Positions 21,895 through 30,776 of a stretch of DNA of 64,000 nucleotides are shown piece after piece. Source of the stretch: an uncultured Chloroflexia bacterium (GTDB lineage Bacteria > Chloroflexota > Chloroflexia > Thermomicrobiales > UBA6265); assembly GCA_963724295.1 (NCBI GenBank), contig CAVRUC010000007.1:608001-672000 (forward strand), written 5' to 3'. The stretch's first letter is position 1; every line of letters begins with the position of its first letter. A program made the translations under genes and the position numbers. The notes under the pieces were generated by a model. That model ran no database searches. It was not told the origin of the DNA and saw only the letters and a program-made list of their open reading frames with translations.

Positions 21895-22676
21895 TTCGCG
21901 GTGCCGTCGCGCAGCTCGCGCCAGACCCGCAGGCTGCCGAGATCGCGCTCGGCGACGTGCCGCAGGTACGCTCCGAGCGCACCCTCCAGCTCCTCGCGCA
22001 ATGGCTTGGCGATCGTGATGCGAACCGTAGCGCCCAGACCACCGCGGTCGAGCGCGCGCAGGTATTTCTGGGCATCGACGCTGACGATGCGCGACCCGGG
22101 CTCGCGGCCGCGACACTGCTCGCAGAGGAACCCGCCCAGGCCGACGGCAAATTGATGAGGAGCCTGGGTCAAGTCCGCGTGACACTCGATGCAGCGATAA
22201 AGCTCGGGTCGGTACCCCAGTAAGACCAACAGCGCCAGCTCGTAGTGCCGGGTGACGTGAAACGCATCCACTCCATCGGCGAGCAGGCGCAGCGAGCTCG
22301 ACAGCAGATCGAAGACGGCAACGTTTTCCTGCCGGTCCTCGGTGAGCCGGGTCAGGATCTCGACCATGTGTGAGGCGTGTCCGAAGGCATCGAGATTGTT
22401 GCGGATGGCCAGGTGCGCGTCCTCTGTCTCCGCGCCGGTGATCACGTCGAGCTCGCGCCCGCGGGCCAGCATCAGCCGGGCGCGACTGAAGTATTCGAGG
22501 TGCGGACCGAGGCGGCTGAGCGGTCGCCGCGCGCCCTTCGCGATCACGCGGAGCTTGCCGTGTTGTCGCGAGTAGAGCGTCAGGATGCGATCGGCCTCGC
22601 CGAGATCCATCCGGCCGAGCACGATGGCTTCGCACCGGTAGAGCCGCTCTGAAGTTCGAGAAACGCCGCTGGTCAT
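21891..22676 (-). CDS. recO: DNA repair protein RecO
   Basis: EAIVL...GEADRILTLYS..HGK...AKGARR; CIEC...CEQC zinc finger. Confidence 0.95.
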   Translation of the reverse strand: MTSGVSRTSERLYRCEAIVLGRMDLGEADRILTLYSRQHGKLRVIAKGARRPLSRLGPHLEYFSRARLMLARGRELDVITGAETEDAHLAIRNNLDAFGHASHMVEILTRLTEDRQENVAVFDLLSSSLRLLADGVDAFHVTRHYELALLVLLGYRPELYRCIECHADLTQAPHQFAVGLGGFLCEQCRGREPGSRIVSVDAQKYLRALDRGGLGATVRITIAKPLREELEGALGAYLRHVAERDLGSLRVWRELRDGTAN

Positions 22677-22722
22677 CTTGTCGTCATATTTCGCAGATCG
22701 CTAGGCTAGGTCATCGCAATTT

Positions 22723-22750
22723 TTGCCAGACCATTCTTGTTCACTATACG
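22723..22750 (+). promoter_or_regulatory. Putative sigma70-type promoter facing the candidate ncRNA
   Basis: TTGCCA (22723-22728), 16 nt, TATACG (22745-22750); no plus-strand ORF follows. Confidence 0.4.
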
Positions 22751-22755
22751 GTTTT

Positions 22756-22937
22756 GTCCTGAAAGGGTAAGCAACCAGCACGCCCTGAAACCGCAGTCTG
22801 CCGGCAATCGCAATCGGCAGTCCGCGCTCCGCAGTGGTGAACTGGTCCGCGCCTAATCGTGCGAGCATCGAGCGCGAGGCGCGGTCCGTGCGAGCAGGCG
22901 TCTTTCTTGGTTCCTGGTTGTTCGTGCCCTTGCCGGT
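22756..22937 (+). ncRNA. Candidate structured ncRNA, rod-like with central bubble (6S-like architecture, unassigned)
   Basis: Nested pairings read by eye: AAGGGUAAGCAACCAG/CUGGUUGUU(CG)UGCCCUU, GUCUGC/GCAGGC, UCGCA/UGCGA, CCGCGC/GCGCGG, UGGUG/CAUCG, CGCGC/GUGCG. G-U pairs favour the plus strand. Confidence 0.45.
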
Positions 22938-22949
22938 GATCGAGGTGGA

Positions 22950-23573
22950 TTAGAGCGTTTCCGCCTCGCGCTTCCGGTTGCGCGCGAGCCGCGGCACTGG
23001 CAGCGCATCCCGGACGTCCTCTCGTGTCTTCCATTCCGGCTCTGGCGGGGCGCAGCCTTGGCCGGGAGCATAGACTGACCGCTCAACCAGGGTCATCTTG
23101 TGGATGTAGCGCGGGCAGTTCGGGAAAATCTGCTCGGGGCGCACGCGAATGACGAGTTGTGCACCGGGCCAGTCAGGAAGCAGCGGGTCGTCCTCGCCGA
23201 TCGTGGCCGTCCCATTGACACGAAGTCGCCCAGGCTGCTCAAAGTCGATAAAAAGGAGACCGACGTGAGGGTTGACGCGGATGTTGCCGAGGCTGCGGAA
23301 CATGCCATTGCCGTCGTAGTCGGGGAAGGCCAAGGTCTGCTCATCGAGAATATGGACGAAACCCGGCAATCCGCCCTTGTAGGAGCAGTCGGGCCGGCCA
23401 GCGACGTCGGCGGTAGCTAGGAAGAACATCGCGGCTCGCTCGATGAAGGCCCGGTCGCGCTCGGAGAAGGTGGCATGAAGCCGCGTCGTTTCGAGCCGGT
23501 CAGCGAGGCGGCGGGTATCGAACTGATCCTGAAGGTCTCGCGACCCATCATGGTACATGCTACCTTCGGTCAT
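22950..23573 (-). CDS. Pyridoxamine 5'-phosphate oxidase-family FMN-binding protein
   Basis: GAAGGAG RBS; FFLAT, SYKGGLPGFV, PDYDGNGMFRSLGNI..NPHVGLLF, NCPRYIHKM. Confidence 0.9.
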   Translation of the reverse strand: MTEGSMYHDGSRDLQDQFDTRRLADRLETTRLHATFSERDRAFIERAAMFFLATADVAGRPDCSYKGGLPGFVHILDEQTLAFPDYDGNGMFRSLGNIRVNPHVGLLFIDFEQPGRLRVNGTATIGEDDPLLPDWPGAQLVIRVRPEQIFPNCPRYIHKMTLVERSVYAPGQGCAPPEPEWKTREDVRDALPVPRLARNRKREAETL

Positions 23574-23875
23574 GGCGGGGTCTCCTTCGCTGGAACAGGA
23601 CGGCACCAGCGCCGTCCCTGGCATCCAACATCCTACACCTGCGGGTTACCGGCAATCGCAACGCGCAGTTCGCGCTGTGATCTCGTGCCGGGCATCCAGA
23701 GGGTCAGCGGGCCACGACGAACGAAGGGCGATCAGAGCGGAGATCCAGCCGGGGTCCCTACGGGGTGGCCGGGACGGAGCTCCGCCCGAAGCGAGGAAGC
23801 GAGCCGCGTCAGACACGGTAACACCCCTGCCGGACAACGCCGGCAACGCCGGCAACGCAACCAACCACCGAACCG

Positions 23876-24017
23876 GGAGAACGCCCCCGACCGTGTTTTT
23901 CACGTGGGGAGGGACCCGCAAGGCAAGGGCTGAAACCGCGAAGCGGCGACGAAGGAACCGGCCCTAGCCGCCGCGGGAGGGGCACCTGCTGCAGTGAAAA
24001 GACAGGGGGGCTTTTCC
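23876..24017. other. Long imperfect hairpin resembling Frpo/ssi-type ssDNA promoter elements
   Basis: GGAGAA/TTTTCC, CCCCC/GGGGG, TTTTCAC/GTGAAAA, CCCGC/GCGGG, GGCAAGGGC/GCCCTAGCC, apical CCGC-GAA-GCGG. Confidence 0.5.
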
Positions 24018-24216
24018 GTTGAGCGAGCCCGGAGGCGAAGCGAACCAGCGCGTCCCGTCAGGGCGCGCGCCGGCGATCGAGCCGGCGTTGGGCCCCGCAG
24101 GGGTAGAGCCTGTTATGGACTCTGTGTGCTTGCGAGATGGAAGATTCAACCCTGCCGCGGCAGACTGACCGCTTCCTCTTCGGTGCTAGCAGGTTGAAGC
24201 AAAGGAACGTCTTGAG

Positions 24217-25619
24217 ATGACCCCTTCCGACATGGGGGCATTCGATCAATTCCGCATCAGTTACGGTGAGGGGCTCACTCCCACTGAGCAGCTGCTCAAG
24301 TACTTTGGGGAGCGTAGCTTCTTGCGCTTCTGGAGCCACGCCAACCCGCACAGGACCCCGAAGGAAGAGCTATGTGACTTGCTGGTCGTCTGCGGCGATT
24401 ACGTCATCGTCTTCTCGGACAAGAGCGTTGACTTTAAGGTTCACAGGGGCAAACAGGTAGCCTGGCGGCAGTGGTACCGAGAGGCAATTGAGGAGTCCGT
24501 CCGCCAAGTCAATGGAGCCGTGCGCCATCTCTTCGACCTCGGAACGCCGATCTTCAAGGACAAATCCTGTACCGTGCCGCTTGGGCTTCCCTTGCCTTCG
24601 CCGGAGAGGGCCAGGATCTATCGTGTTGCAGTCGGAAGCTTGACAAAGAAGGCAGACGATCCCGTATTACGTACGCCATTTCTGGCAATTAACGGGGCTT
24701 TGGCTGGCGACCAGCATGTCACTGATGGTGCGATCCCATTTAGTCTGGGGGATGTGTCGCCGAATACTGAGTTCGTGCATGTGATCGACTTTGCCGGCTT
24801 GTGGGCGGTTTTGTCAGAGCTGGATACCATCACGGACTTCGCCCGTTACCTCGACGCAAGAAAAGGATTCATTCGAGGGGGCGGCCGCAATTCTGCCGCC
24901 ACCGAGTGGTGCCTGCTGACGCGTTATCTGCTCTCCTTTACTAAGGACGGTGATTCGCTGCCACTCGATGGTGCCAATCCTGGATTTACCCGGCTGGGTG
25001 ACGGCGAACGGCAAGCAGAGAGTACCAATGCAGCACTCAGAGCAAGGAAAGAAGCAAATCGCGACAGTTACCTCTGGGATTTTCTGGTAGAGCGTCAGGC
25101 GGAGAACATCGAGCGACAGAGCTTCGACTTCTCGACCTACAGCAGTGTTCAGGACGTGGAACGCGCCGTACGCTACATGGCCCTAGAGCCCCGCTTGCAT
25201 CGCCGGGTGCTTGGTCGGGGCTGGATGAAAGCGTGCTTGAATGCCGAGCCCGGGCAGACTGGAATCTCCGGACGGTGCCTCACGGCGAGAATGATGCGGC
25301 GACCTATGTGTTCCTCACGTGGAAGCGGCCAGACGGGATGGCTCAAGATCAGTACCGACGCCAACGCCCAGAGTTTCTCAAGAAGATGGTCCTCGCTTCA
25401 CTTGTTGACATTCCCACATCAAAGTTGATTATTGGAATTTCTTCAGAGCTGGGACAGGAACCTACCTCATACGACTTACTCCACTTCAATGTCGAGGAAG
25501 ATGCCAACCAAGTCACTATTCAAGCCGATGCCAAGGCGTGCTGGGACCTCAAGAAGCAGATGTTTCGAGAACCGAGACGCACAGTCTCTGACGAGTGGGA
25601 TGTGCCGCCAATCGGTTAG
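24217..25619 (+). CDS. Putative PD-(D/E)xK (NERD-like) nuclease, split by an apparent 1-nt frameshift near 25260
   Basis: N-terminal TEQLL...ELCDLLVVCGDYVIVFSDKS...AIEESVRQ. ORF 24217 becomes non-protein-like where ORF 25233 becomes protein-like. Codon usage is visibly more AT-rich than in neighbours. Confidence 0.6.
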
Positions 25620-25679
25620 AGCGTGTCATGGGCCAAGCACTGCAGGTTAGGACTGGTGCTAAGGGGTGATCGCAATTCG

Positions 25680-25707
25680 GAGGGCCGGGCGATCAACCCC
25701 GGCCCTC
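25680..25707. terminator. Hairpin downstream of the nuclease gene
   Basis: GAGGGCCGGG...CCCGGCCCTC inverted repeat. Confidence 0.5.
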
Positions 25708-25984
25708 GTGACCCGACCCGCCGACGGCGAGCCCATTGTCCGAAGACTAGCAGCTCGGATCTGAGGGCGGCTGATTGGCCGCATGGCCGCGAAATGGCCG
25801 CACCTGCGGCGCCTACCAGTGCCAAACGACTCAATCGAGCGAATGCAGGACTAGGCGACACTGGCAACACGTTGCGCGGCAACACCGCCCGGTGCCTCTG
25901 GCGCACAGTGCTCAACACCGATCCCCAACCCTCGGCAGAATTCGGTCAATTGCAGCACCCAGACGGCGATGGTACGGTTGCTCC

Positions 25985-26734
25985 ATGGGTGTCGAAGTCT
26001 CCTTTATTGCGGCCTTTCTGGCGGGCGTGCTCTCCATCTCGTCGCCCTGTGTGCTGCCCCTGGTGCCGATCTTCCTGGCGCATCTGGCGGGAGCCTCGGC
26101 CGGGAGCGTCGACGGGATCGGTCGCCGTCGCGTCCTGCCGAACGCCCTCGCCTACGTCCTCGGTTTTTCCCTGGTCTTCGTCTCACTTGGCGTGGCGCTG
26201 GGAGCCGCGGGAGCACTCGCTTCGACGGCCTCGGTCGTCGCCAGCAACCGCGACTGGCTGGCACGTATCGGCGGGGCGCTGCTGATCGTTCTCGGACTTC
26301 ATCAGATCGGCATCATCCGCATCCCCCTGCTGGAGCGCGAACGCCGCCTTGCACCGGATCACCTTCCCGCCGGTCAGGTGACTTCGTCTTTCCTGGTCGG
26401 GGTGACGTTTGCGGCCGGATGGTCGCCATGCGTCGGGCCGATCCTGGGCGCGATTCTGACCATGGCGGCGGGTCAGGGCAGTATCGATCGCGCCGCCTTG
26501 CTCCTGGCTACTTACTCGGCGGGGCTGGCTGTGCCGTTTCTGCTGGCGGCTGTCGCCATCGGCTCGTCGCCTAACGTCATTCGCGGTGTCAACCAGCGAC
26601 TACCCCTGGTGACGTCAGTGAGCGGCGGAGTGATGATTGCCATGGGCGCGATCATGACGCTCGGCATCTACCAGCAGTTCTTCGCGCGGCTGGTCGCCTT
26701 TTCACCGTGGACCCCCTGGGAGCCTGCGCTGTGA
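25985..26734 (+). CDS. ccdA: Cytochrome c biogenesis protein CcdA
   Basis: SPCVLPLVP and GWSPCVGPILGAIL; multiple TM helices. Confidence 0.93.
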   Translation: MGVEVSFIAAFLAGVLSISSPCVLPLVPIFLAHLAGASAGSVDGIGRRRVLPNALAYVLGFSLVFVSLGVALGAAGALASTASVVASNRDWLARIGGALLIVLGLHQIGIIRIPLLERERRLAPDHLPAGQVTSSFLVGVTFAAGWSPCVGPILGAILTMAAGQGSIDRAALLLATYSAGLAVPFLLAAVAIGSSPNVIRGVNQRLPLVTSVSGGVMIAMGAIMTLGIYQQFFARLVAFSPWTPWEPAL

Positions 26735-26771
26735 GATGGGCGCGAACGGCTCGTGAACGCCGCGCCCGCGG

Positions 26772-28256
26772 ATGACCCACGCCTCAGTCCAGCAGCGCGC
26801 GTTGCGACCCCGCGCCCTCCCCGAGATGGTTGTCGACCGCGTCTGGAGGTTCTTCTGCTCGGTTCGCGCCGCTGTCGTTGAGATCGCGATCCTCGCCATT
26901 CTCGTGCTCGCCGGCACGCTCCGAGGCAGCTCCGTGCCGCGGTCGATCGCGGACCAGTTTCCGATCACCGCGCCGGTCGTCGATCGCTGGTACGCCTGGG
27001 ATGTCTTTCGCTCGCTCCCTTTCGCGGGGATTCTCACGCTTCTGGCCGTGGCCATCTCGGTCTGCACCATCAATCGCGCCCCCGGTATCTGGCAGGCCAT
27101 CGCCCATCCCTCGGTCTCCACGACGCATGGCTTCTTGCGGAACGCGGAAACGTCCGCCGTTTTCGCGACTCAGATCCCGCCTCACGCGTTCGCCAGTCAG
27201 CTCGAAACCGCGTTGCGCTCCAGACGGTATCGCGTGCTTTCGGAGGAGCGTAACGGCGAGATCCATCTCTATGCGGACCGGTGGCGGTTCTCCCGGCTGG
27301 CGACCTTTCCCTTCCATCTGGCGCTGATCATGATCCTGGCGGGCGGGATCGTGGGGGCCACCTGGGGATTCCGGGAGAACGAGTTCTACATTCCAGAGGG
27401 CTCGGTTCGCGAGCTGGGTCACGGCACCGGGCTCGATGTCCGTCTCGACGACTTCTCCGAGGTCTACCGCGAGGACGGGACGGCCCTCGCCTATCGCAGC
27501 GATATCACCGTGATGCGGGACGGCCAACCGCTCCAGTCCGGATCGATGACGGTCAACAACCCGCTGACCTTCGGCAACATCGTCTTCTACCAGTCGGGGT
27601 TCGGTCAGGCCGTTGCGTTGAAGATCGAGAACAGCACAGGTCAGGTGCTTTTCGACGACGCGCTGCCGCTCGGTCCGTTTCAGTCGCGGCTCAATCCCGA
27701 TTCACCGGCCGCGCGCATGGAGCTCCTCCCGGCAGGCGTGGCCCTGAGCGTCGTCGCCCCCGACGAGGACCCCGCGAATGCACCCCAGCTCGATACCTTG
27801 CGGCTGCGCCCTGGGGAGATGTTCTTCATGATCCGACCGCTCGGGGCTGACAGTCCGATCACCGAGCCGGTCGGCGCTGCAGTCAGCCAGGGCGAGTCGA
27901 TCCAGCTAGGGGATCTCTCGCTGACTTTTGTCCGGGAGAGGCGGTTCTCTGTGCTCCAGGTAGCGAGCAACCCGGGCATTCCATTGTTCATCGCGGCGTC
28001 GGTGCTGCTGGTCGGTGGGTTGGCAGTCACGTTCTACTTCCCCCACCGGCGGGTGCGGGGTATCGTCTCCACCACGACGGACGGCAGCTCGGCGCGACTC
28101 GCACCCATCGCGCGGCGCGACTGGAGTGCGAAGCGCGTTTTCGAACAACTGGCGATCGAGATCGGTCGCCAAAACGGAGCCAGCCCCGAGTTGCACGTCA
28201 ACGAGCCAGCGGGCTCAGCGACCGGATCAGGTCAGTCCGTCCGGCCATCGCTCTGA
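26772..28256 (+). CDS. resB: Cytochrome c biogenesis protein ResB (CcsB/Ccs1)
   Basis: N-terminal TMs, CTINR, conserved FHLALI His, VNNPL..G...YQSGF, C-terminal NPG..TM..FYFPHRR. Confidence 0.9.
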   Translation: MTHASVQQRALRPRALPEMVVDRVWRFFCSVRAAVVEIAILAILVLAGTLRGSSVPRSIADQFPITAPVVDRWYAWDVFRSLPFAGILTLLAVAISVCTINRAPGIWQAIAHPSVSTTHGFLRNAETSAVFATQIPPHAFASQLETALRSRRYRVLSEERNGEIHLYADRWRFSRLATFPFHLALIMILAGGIVGATWGFRENEFYIPEGSVRELGHGTGLDVRLDDFSEVYREDGTALAYRSDITVMRDGQPLQSGSMTVNNPLTFGNIVFYQSGFGQAVALKIENSTGQVLFDDALPLGPFQSRLNPDSPAARMELLPAGVALSVVAPDEDPANAPQLDTLRLRPGEMFFMIRPLGADSPITEPVGAAVSQGESIQLGDLSLTFVRERRFSVLQVASNPGIPLFIAASVLLVGGLAVTFYFPHRRVRGIVSTTTDGSSARLAPIARRDWSAKRVFEQLAIEIGRQNGASPELHVNEPAGSATGSGQSVRPSL

Positions 28257-28278
28257 GCCGGAGCTAGAGGAATCCGAC

Positions 28279-29181
28279 ATGGAAACACTTGTCCGCCTGT
28301 CGTTCTACTGCTTCGCGGCCGCGACGATCGCCTTCGTCGCGTCGGCGGCGTGCTACCTCGCCTACGCCGTCGGCCGCGTGCGCCTGCGGCAGACGACGCT
28401 GGCGACGAATGCCGGGACAACCCTGGTCGCCCATGAAGCGAGCCTCGAGCCGGCGTCGCTGGGGGTCGGCCGCTTCGCCACCCTGCTGGCCTGGTTCGGA
28501 GTCGCGTTTCAAGCGGCGTCGATCCTGTTTCGGACGCTCGCCGGCGGCCGGCTGCCACTCTCGAACATGTACGAGTTCTCGTGCACCTTTGTCCTGCTCG
28601 CCGGTGTCGTCTACCTGCTCTTCGAGCGCTGGTATGGGGTGCGTCAGCTCGGCGCGATCGTGTTGCCGCTCATCGTCGGCATGTGCGCCTATGTCTGGTT
28701 GCTCCCGGCCGACCTGCGCGAGGTCAACGCCTTGATCCCCGCCCTCCAGAACCGGCCGCTGATGACGGTCCACGTTTCGATGGCGATCCTCGCCTACGCG
28801 ACGTTCGCCGTGGCGTTCGCGGCCGCCGTTCTCTTTCTGATTGCCAATCGCTGGCGGGTGGCCTGGCTTCCCAGCCCGGACCTGCTCGACGATCTCGGCT
28901 ACCGTGCCGTGACGATCGGATTTCCCGCCATGTCGCTGGTGCTGATTCTCGGCTCGGTCTGGGCATATCGCGCCTGGGGCACCTACTGGCAGTGGGATCC
29001 GAAGGAAACGGCGGCTCTCTTCACCTGGCTCATCTACGGCGTCTACCTGCACACCCGCTCCTTGCGGGGCTGGCGAGGGAGCCGCAGCGCGGTGATCTTG
29101 CTGGTCGCATTCGCCGCGGTGGTCTTCACCTACTTCGGGAACTATGTTTTCGGCGGGCTCCACGCATATGGCGGAGTTTGA
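28279..29181 (+). CDS. ccsA: Cytochrome c biogenesis protein CcsA (ResC)
   Basis: PLSNMYEF, PALQ, WWD domain WAYRAWGTYWQWDPKET, YLH, GLHAY. Confidence 0.95.
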   Translation: METLVRLSFYCFAAATIAFVASAACYLAYAVGRVRLRQTTLATNAGTTLVAHEASLEPASLGVGRFATLLAWFGVAFQAASILFRTLAGGRLPLSNMYEFSCTFVLLAGVVYLLFERWYGVRQLGAIVLPLIVGMCAYVWLLPADLREVNALIPALQNRPLMTVHVSMAILAYATFAVAFAAAVLFLIANRWRVAWLPSPDLLDDLGYRAVTIGFPAMSLVLILGSVWAYRAWGTYWQWDPKETAALFTWLIYGVYLHTRSLRGWRGSRSAVILLVAFAAVVFTYFGNYVFGGLHAYGGV

Positions 29182-29797
29182 GAGCGCGGCGCCGTCCACC
29201 GCTCACGGTGGAGCCGCGACTGAATGGCAGACTGCTGGCGATTCGCGGCGAACTGGTTCTGCGATCGTCGGTCTTGCCGTCGCCGCACTGATCGTCGCCG
29301 CGGCGTTAGCGATCGGCGCCAGATCGGGCTGGGACTCGATCGGGAGCGGCGGTATCAACCAGCGCCTGTTACCGAAAGTCGGCGAGGTCGCACCCGATTT
29401 CGAAACCGAGGATCTGTTTGGTAATCCGGTTCGGCTCTCCCAGTTCCGCGGCCAGCCGGTCTGGCTGATGTTCTGGGGCTCATGGTGCCCGCCCTGCCGC
29501 GCCGAGTTCCCCGATATCCAGGCCGCCTATGCCCGGCTCGAACCACAGGGACTGCGCATGCTCGGCGTCAGCCTGCGCGAGGCTCCAATCGACGCCGCGG
29601 CCTACGCCGCCGCGAACGGCGCCACGTTTCTGGTCTTGAGCGATCCCGACGAGCGGGACACCGGGCCGGCCTACCCGATCTTCAACTTCCCGACCCACAT
29701 CTTCATCGACCGCGACGGAGTGATCCGCTCGATCGTGCTCGAAGACATGGACACGGAGCAGGCAGTCGCCGAGGCAAGCCGACTGCTCGATACATGA
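29168..29797 (+). CDS. TlpA/ResA-like thiol-disulfide oxidoreductase
   Basis: TM anchor, APDF, FWGSWCPPCRAE, cis-Pro FPT. Confidence 0.9.
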   Translation: MAEFESAAPSTAHGGAATEWQTAGDSRRTGSAIVGLAVAALIVAAALAIGARSGWDSIGSGGINQRLLPKVGEVAPDFETEDLFGNPVRLSQFRGQPVWLMFWGSWCPPCRAEFPDIQAAYARLEPQGLRMLGVSLREAPIDAAAYAAANGATFLVLSDPDERDTGPAYPIFNFPTHIFIDRDGVIRSIVLEDMDTEQAVAEASRLLDT

Positions 29798-29812
29798 GTT
29801 TGGGAAATTCGA

Positions 29813-30151
29813 TTGGCTCCAGAGCAAAAGGGGCGCTCGGAGCGTGAGGAGTTAGGCCGCTCGCAGGGCGGCTTCAGTACCAATATCCATCTGCGGGCGG
29901 ACGGAGGCGGCAGGCCGCTGACCTTTCTGCTCTCGGCAGGGCAGCGCCACGAAGCGGTGGCGTTCGAGGCTCTACTGGAGCAAGCAGCGGTCAAGAACCC
30001 GGGGCGAGATCGGCCCAAGCTGCGGCCCAAGCGCGTCGTCGCCGACAAGGGCCACAGCAGCAAGATCAGGCGGTATCCGTGCCGCCTTGAGAAGAGGATG
30101 ACGATCCCTCGCAAACAGAATGAACGACGGACAGGACGGGTGCAACCGTGA
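29813..30151 (+). mobile_element. IS5-family transposase internal fragment (pseudogene)
   Basis: LGRSQGGFSTNIHLRADGGGRPL.FLLSAGQRHE...VVADKG..S...TIPRK; both termini missing. Confidence 0.8.
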
Positions 30152-30663
30152 TCCTCTCCAAAGACCGCGACCCCCGCTTCATCACCATCCGTCGCGGGGG
30201 GACGCTCACGGACTCCGACCATCGGCTCCTGGCTTTGTGGGCGGCCGCGTGCGCAGAGCATGTCCTGCACCTCTTCGAGTCGGTGCAGCCCTCGGACCCG
30301 CGGCCTCGCCAGGCGATCAAGCAGACTCGGGCATGGGCGCGCGGCGAGATCAAGATGTCGCAGTCCCGCGCGGCGGCTGGCTTTGCCAACGCCGCGGCAA
30401 GAGAACTGAGGGGAGCCGCCAGGCACGCCGCCTATGCCGCCGGCCAGGCGGCAGCGGTGGCGCATGTCGCCGCACACGAGCTCGGTGCCGCGGCCTACGC
30501 GATCAAGGCCGCGCGTGCGGCCGCCCCCGGATGCGAGGGTGAGAGCGCCGGCCGGCTCGAGTGCCGTTGGCAGCGCGAACAGCTTCCCGATGCGATTCGC
30601 GACCTCGTCCTGGAGGATCAGCGGTTGCGAAACGAGATCTGCTGGTCGGCGTTCGACTGCTGA
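30148..30663 (+). CDS. Imm5-like putative immunity protein
   Basis: WAAACAEHVL..FE...DPRPRQAI...AW.RGE...AAGQAAAVAHVAAH..GAAAYA..A...E..WQ..QLP. Confidence 0.75.
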   Translation: MILSKDRDPRFITIRRGGTLTDSDHRLLALWAAACAEHVLHLFESVQPSDPRPRQAIKQTRAWARGEIKMSQSRAAAGFANAAARELRGAARHAAYAAGQAAAVAHVAAHELGAAAYAIKAARAAAPGCEGESAGRLECRWQREQLPDAIRDLVLEDQRLRNEICWSAFDC

Positions 30664-30776
30664 CGGGCGTGACGGCTTGTCTGCACGGCCCAACAAGCGC
30701 TTCGAGCCGACGCCGCAAGCGCGATATGCTGACGCCGGACGCGATTGGGCGTCGTATACCGGGTTTGAAATAGTCT

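Noticed and set aside
24068..24093. GTTGGGC as an attC core preceding the nuclease gene
   Set aside because: No matching RYYYAAC arm at a suitable distance; the sequence is explained by the local CGCCGGC/GCCGGCG hairpin
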